A DNA stretch of 40,221 nucleotides, the filler included, from an uncultured bacterium (GTDB taxonomy: Bacteria; UBP4; UBA4092): the NCBI GenBank assembly GCA_964644695.1. It is 4 parts of 4 records of this genome, joined end to end, with 100 filler letters (N's around TTAATTAATTAA, not from the genome) between each part and the next. Parts side by side here need not be neighbours in the genome. Positions count along the whole stretch, not along the records: positions 35,677 to 40,221 come from CAZXWN010000028.1; 3 more parts are not named here. One strand, 5' to 3'. Under the pieces are notes generated by a model. The model did not search any database. It was given only the letters and a program-made list of their open reading frames with translations, and was not told the DNA's origin. Of this stretch, positions 37,693 to 40,221 are shown piece after piece; the stretch's first letter is position 1, and the number at the start of each line of letters is the position of its first letter. A program made the translations under genes and the position numbers.

Positions 37693-40161
37693 TTACTTGG
37701 TTATAGGTGGATAGTCACCAATAAACAGGTGACCTCTTGCTCCAATGGCTATCATCCGAAATGAGTTTTGAACAGGATCCCAGTGAAGAGAGCTTCTCGA
37801 AACATAATCATTCGTAGGAACTGTTCGACGGGATACGATGCGAGGTTTCTCTGGTGAACTGACATCAATTACATAATATCCCTTATCAGACCACATTAAG
37901 AGCAGGTTACCCTTCAGCTCTATATTGCAGTACAATTCGCTACCCAGAATGCTATCTTGTAGTGGATAGTACAATTCGCCGACCATTCTAGGATGATGGA
38001 TATCCGAAATATCATAGATTTCCAACATCTTGTCATTAGATTGGATGTAAATCAGGTTCGTCTTGTTTGTATAAAACTGCCGTATCCCTTTATGTATTCT
38101 TCCAGCCTTGGCTGCCTGACCAGTTTTAGTAACATCAATAAAGTCCCCTTTGTTTAAGGGTATATGGTAGTAAAAATCGTAAGCATCCGTCGCATAATCA
38201 ATGAACTTATATTTACCCTGTATCAAATTGGAGTGAGGCCAAAAGGGATCATTATTTTCACGGTCTCGAATCTGGTGAGAAATGACACTCAAATCATCTT
38301 TATTTAAAAGATAGGTTTCCAAACACCGAATTGTCGTCTCAACAGCTGGGATATTGAACAGCACTGTTTTCATTTTTTCTTCTGAACTGATTGTTTTCCG
38401 CATCAAATCATATTGGGAGTTGTTGTTAAGAACCAGATAATGAAATTGAACATGGATGCCTTCAGAATCCACAAACGAAGAAGATCTCCAGTAATTTTTC
38501 ATACAGGGTAATTTCACACTTTGAAGAACGTGAGGAGTAGTAACGATTTGTGAACGCCAGGTTGTAACAATCGTTGAAGTGTTGTTATCTAAATCAGTCT
38601 GTATTACTTGGATAGTAGCCTTATCCAATGTATCCAGACTCAGCTTCTTTACTAGAACACCGTCCTTGAAATGAATGTTTATAAGAATATCTTTATTCAA
38701 AATAGTAAGTTTATCAGGAGTAAAATGATGCCGTTCTCTGTCAGAAGCATTCCTCAGTGACAGTAGGGCTTCGGTAAGAGTTTTATCGGGGTTCAATTTA
38801 ACCAAATAATATAAACCATCGAACCGTTGTAATATGATGTTATTCCCACGACTCTCTGAACCATATAGCATTCTATACTCTATTTGTCCCCCATATTGGG
38901 TGATTTTCGGCATCGGCCCCACAAAAATCGGTTGATAGGATAAAAATCCCACCAGCCCAATCACGGCAAAACCGGTAAAATAGGAATTCCATACCAGACG
39001 TTTTCGCAGCTGGCTGCTAAAAACTATCCCCACAATACCCAGGGTTGATAATGCCAAAAGTGAAATGTGGACAGGATACTTCATGTGATTGAATACATTA
39101 ATACCCATCGTCATTGCCAACAGCGAGTAGGGATGATAAATAACATATATCTGTATGAATGATCCTAAAATGAGTCCGCTGGCAATCCCTATGATAATGG
39201 TCCTGACAAGATCCTTGATTAACGCTGAAAAGAAAACAAAGAAGTTATACATCAGGATAGTAAGAATCGTTATCAGGGTAAAAACTAAAAATGGATATTT
39301 CAAGTCAATGTAAGTGTTCTTATACAAACTGAAATATGAAGCCTGTAAATATACAATTGAAAATAAATAGAGAGGGACCAGTAATCCAGAAAGATACTTG
39401 ATCCAGAAAATTCGATTTATAGATAACGGCCGGGTGACCAGGTACTCCAGTGTGTGGTTATTTAATTCACCAGACATCAATCTCGCACCGTTGTAAACAA
39501 TCAATAAAGGTAATGTCCAAAAAAGAATATCCATCATCCCGGGGATTTTTGAAGAAAACAACAAAAGGACTGTCGCTAAACCCATCACGCCCCACAACAC
39601 CCAGCGCTGTTCCATAACTTCTTTCTTCAGGAGTTGTTGTTCACCTGGAGTCAATAAATCCCGGACAAACAAAAGGATTCCCCATCCCCAGAGACACATA
39701 ACCAGCCAGAACACGACAAGGGGAATATCGGGTCCAAAGATATAAAAGGTAGATACCAGTAAGGCAAACAACACCGGGAAATATATCTTCTCTACCAAAG
39801 GATTCAGATTGACGGGGCGAAGTCGAGCCAGACCGGAGACTCCCAGAACGGGAATCAGAAAAACAAAGAAATACGCAGTACTGGATAAACTTATTCCCTT
39901 GATGGATTTATAGTTCAGAATCGGTGAAGTAAGATGTTTAAACACCACCAGGAACAAAAGAATGAGCGCCAGTTCTGCGAACAACCACCAGGCCCTTTTC
40001 TGAACACCTTCAACATGGGTGCCTTGATGGATCCATCCGCCGGAGATAATCGACAGGATCACCAGTCCACTTCCTCCGAAGAGGACACTCCAGGAATAAT
40101 TTCCCATCAGAAATGGAATCAGGAATCCAATCACCACTATTCCCAACAGGATAAAATTCAT
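37693..40161 (-). CDS. ABC-2-type permease-like protein with extra N-terminal TMs and a C-terminal soluble domain with LVIVD-like repeats
   Basis: LLKKEVMEQR, GELNNHTLEYLVTRPLS..RIFWIKY. C-terminal LEIYDISDIHHPRMVG and YYVIDVSSPEKPRIVS. Confidence 0.72.
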   Translation of the reverse strand: MNFILLGIVVIGFLIPFLMGNYSWSVLFGGSGLVILSIISGGWIHQGTHVEGVQKRAWWLFAELALILLFLVVFKHLTSPILNYKSIKGISLSSTAYFFVFLIPVLGVSGLARLRPVNLNPLVEKIYFPVLFALLVSTFYIFGPDIPLVVFWLVMCLWGWGILLFVRDLLTPGEQQLLKKEVMEQRWVLWGVMGLATVLLLFSSKIPGMMDILFWTLPLLIVYNGARLMSGELNNHTLEYLVTRPLSINRIFWIKYLSGLLVPLYLFSIVYLQASYFSLYKNTYIDLKYPFLVFTLITILTILMYNFFVFFSALIKDLVRTIIIGIASGLILGSFIQIYVIYHPYSLLAMTMGINVFNHMKYPVHISLLALSTLGIVGIVFSSQLRKRLVWNSYFTGFAVIGLVGFLSYQPIFVGPMPKITQYGGQIEYRMLYGSESRGNNIILQRFDGLYYLVKLNPDKTLTEALLSLRNASDRERHHFTPDKLTILNKDILINIHFKDGVLVKKLSLDTLDKATIQVIQTDLDNNTSTIVTTWRSQIVTTPHVLQSVKLPCMKNYWRSSSFVDSEGIHVQFHYLVLNNNSQYDLMRKTISSEEKMKTVLFNIPAVETTIRCLETYLLNKDDLSVISHQIRDRENNDPFWPHSNLIQGKYKFIDYATDAYDFYYHIPLNKGDFIDVTKTGQAAKAGRIHKGIRQFYTNKTNLIYIQSNDKMLEIYDISDIHHPRMVGELYYPLQDSILGSELYCNIELKGNLLLMWSDKGYYVIDVSSPEKPRIVSRRTVPTNDYVSRSSLHWDPVQNSFRMIAIGARGHLFIGDYPPITK

Positions 40162-40221
40162 CTTCCAGAAACAGTTACAGGTTCCCTTATTTTTATAGGT
40201 GGCGCAATGACACTCTTGTTG

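Noticed and set aside
1-40221. CRISPR array, IS element or prophage
   Set aside because: No regularly spaced repeats, transposase, integrase or phage genes were recognised.

Overview
Bacterial DNA, probably from a MAG or a poorly characterised lineage. It is joined from four contigs by three artificial 100-nt linkers (N44-TTAATTAATTAA-N44) at 15484, 26178 and 35577. The left 15 kb is a minus-strand cluster of exported, carbohydrate-related genes: two paralogous CBM9-like/GH20 hexosaminidase-like proteins flanking a lipoprotein, an acyltransferase-3, and three non-catalytic paralogues built from CBM11-like, CBM9-like and Ig-like modules. The middle is mostly housekeeping: a DUF2339-like membrane protein, yicC-gmk-coaBC-pilT-udg, a golvesin-like/thioredoxin-fold fusion, ftsB, larB-larC and tRNA-Gly(CCC). 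The right part holds purU, a hydrogenase maturation protease, a PAS-only protein, hypF, an EF-hand protein and three ABC-2 permease-like genes. The best candidate for an undescribed system is the three-gene secreted array at 8558-15200. Its proteins end in short non-transmembrane tails (PTxAP(L/M)AxEL(F/M)(E/D) or SSVSDW...) that may be sorting signals. Each gene also has the same leader layout: sigma70-type promoter, an AGGAGG with no start codon, a hairpin, and a TATGAAAGG RBS. No CRISPR array, transposase or integrase was seen. All family calls come from motif recognition, not database searches.
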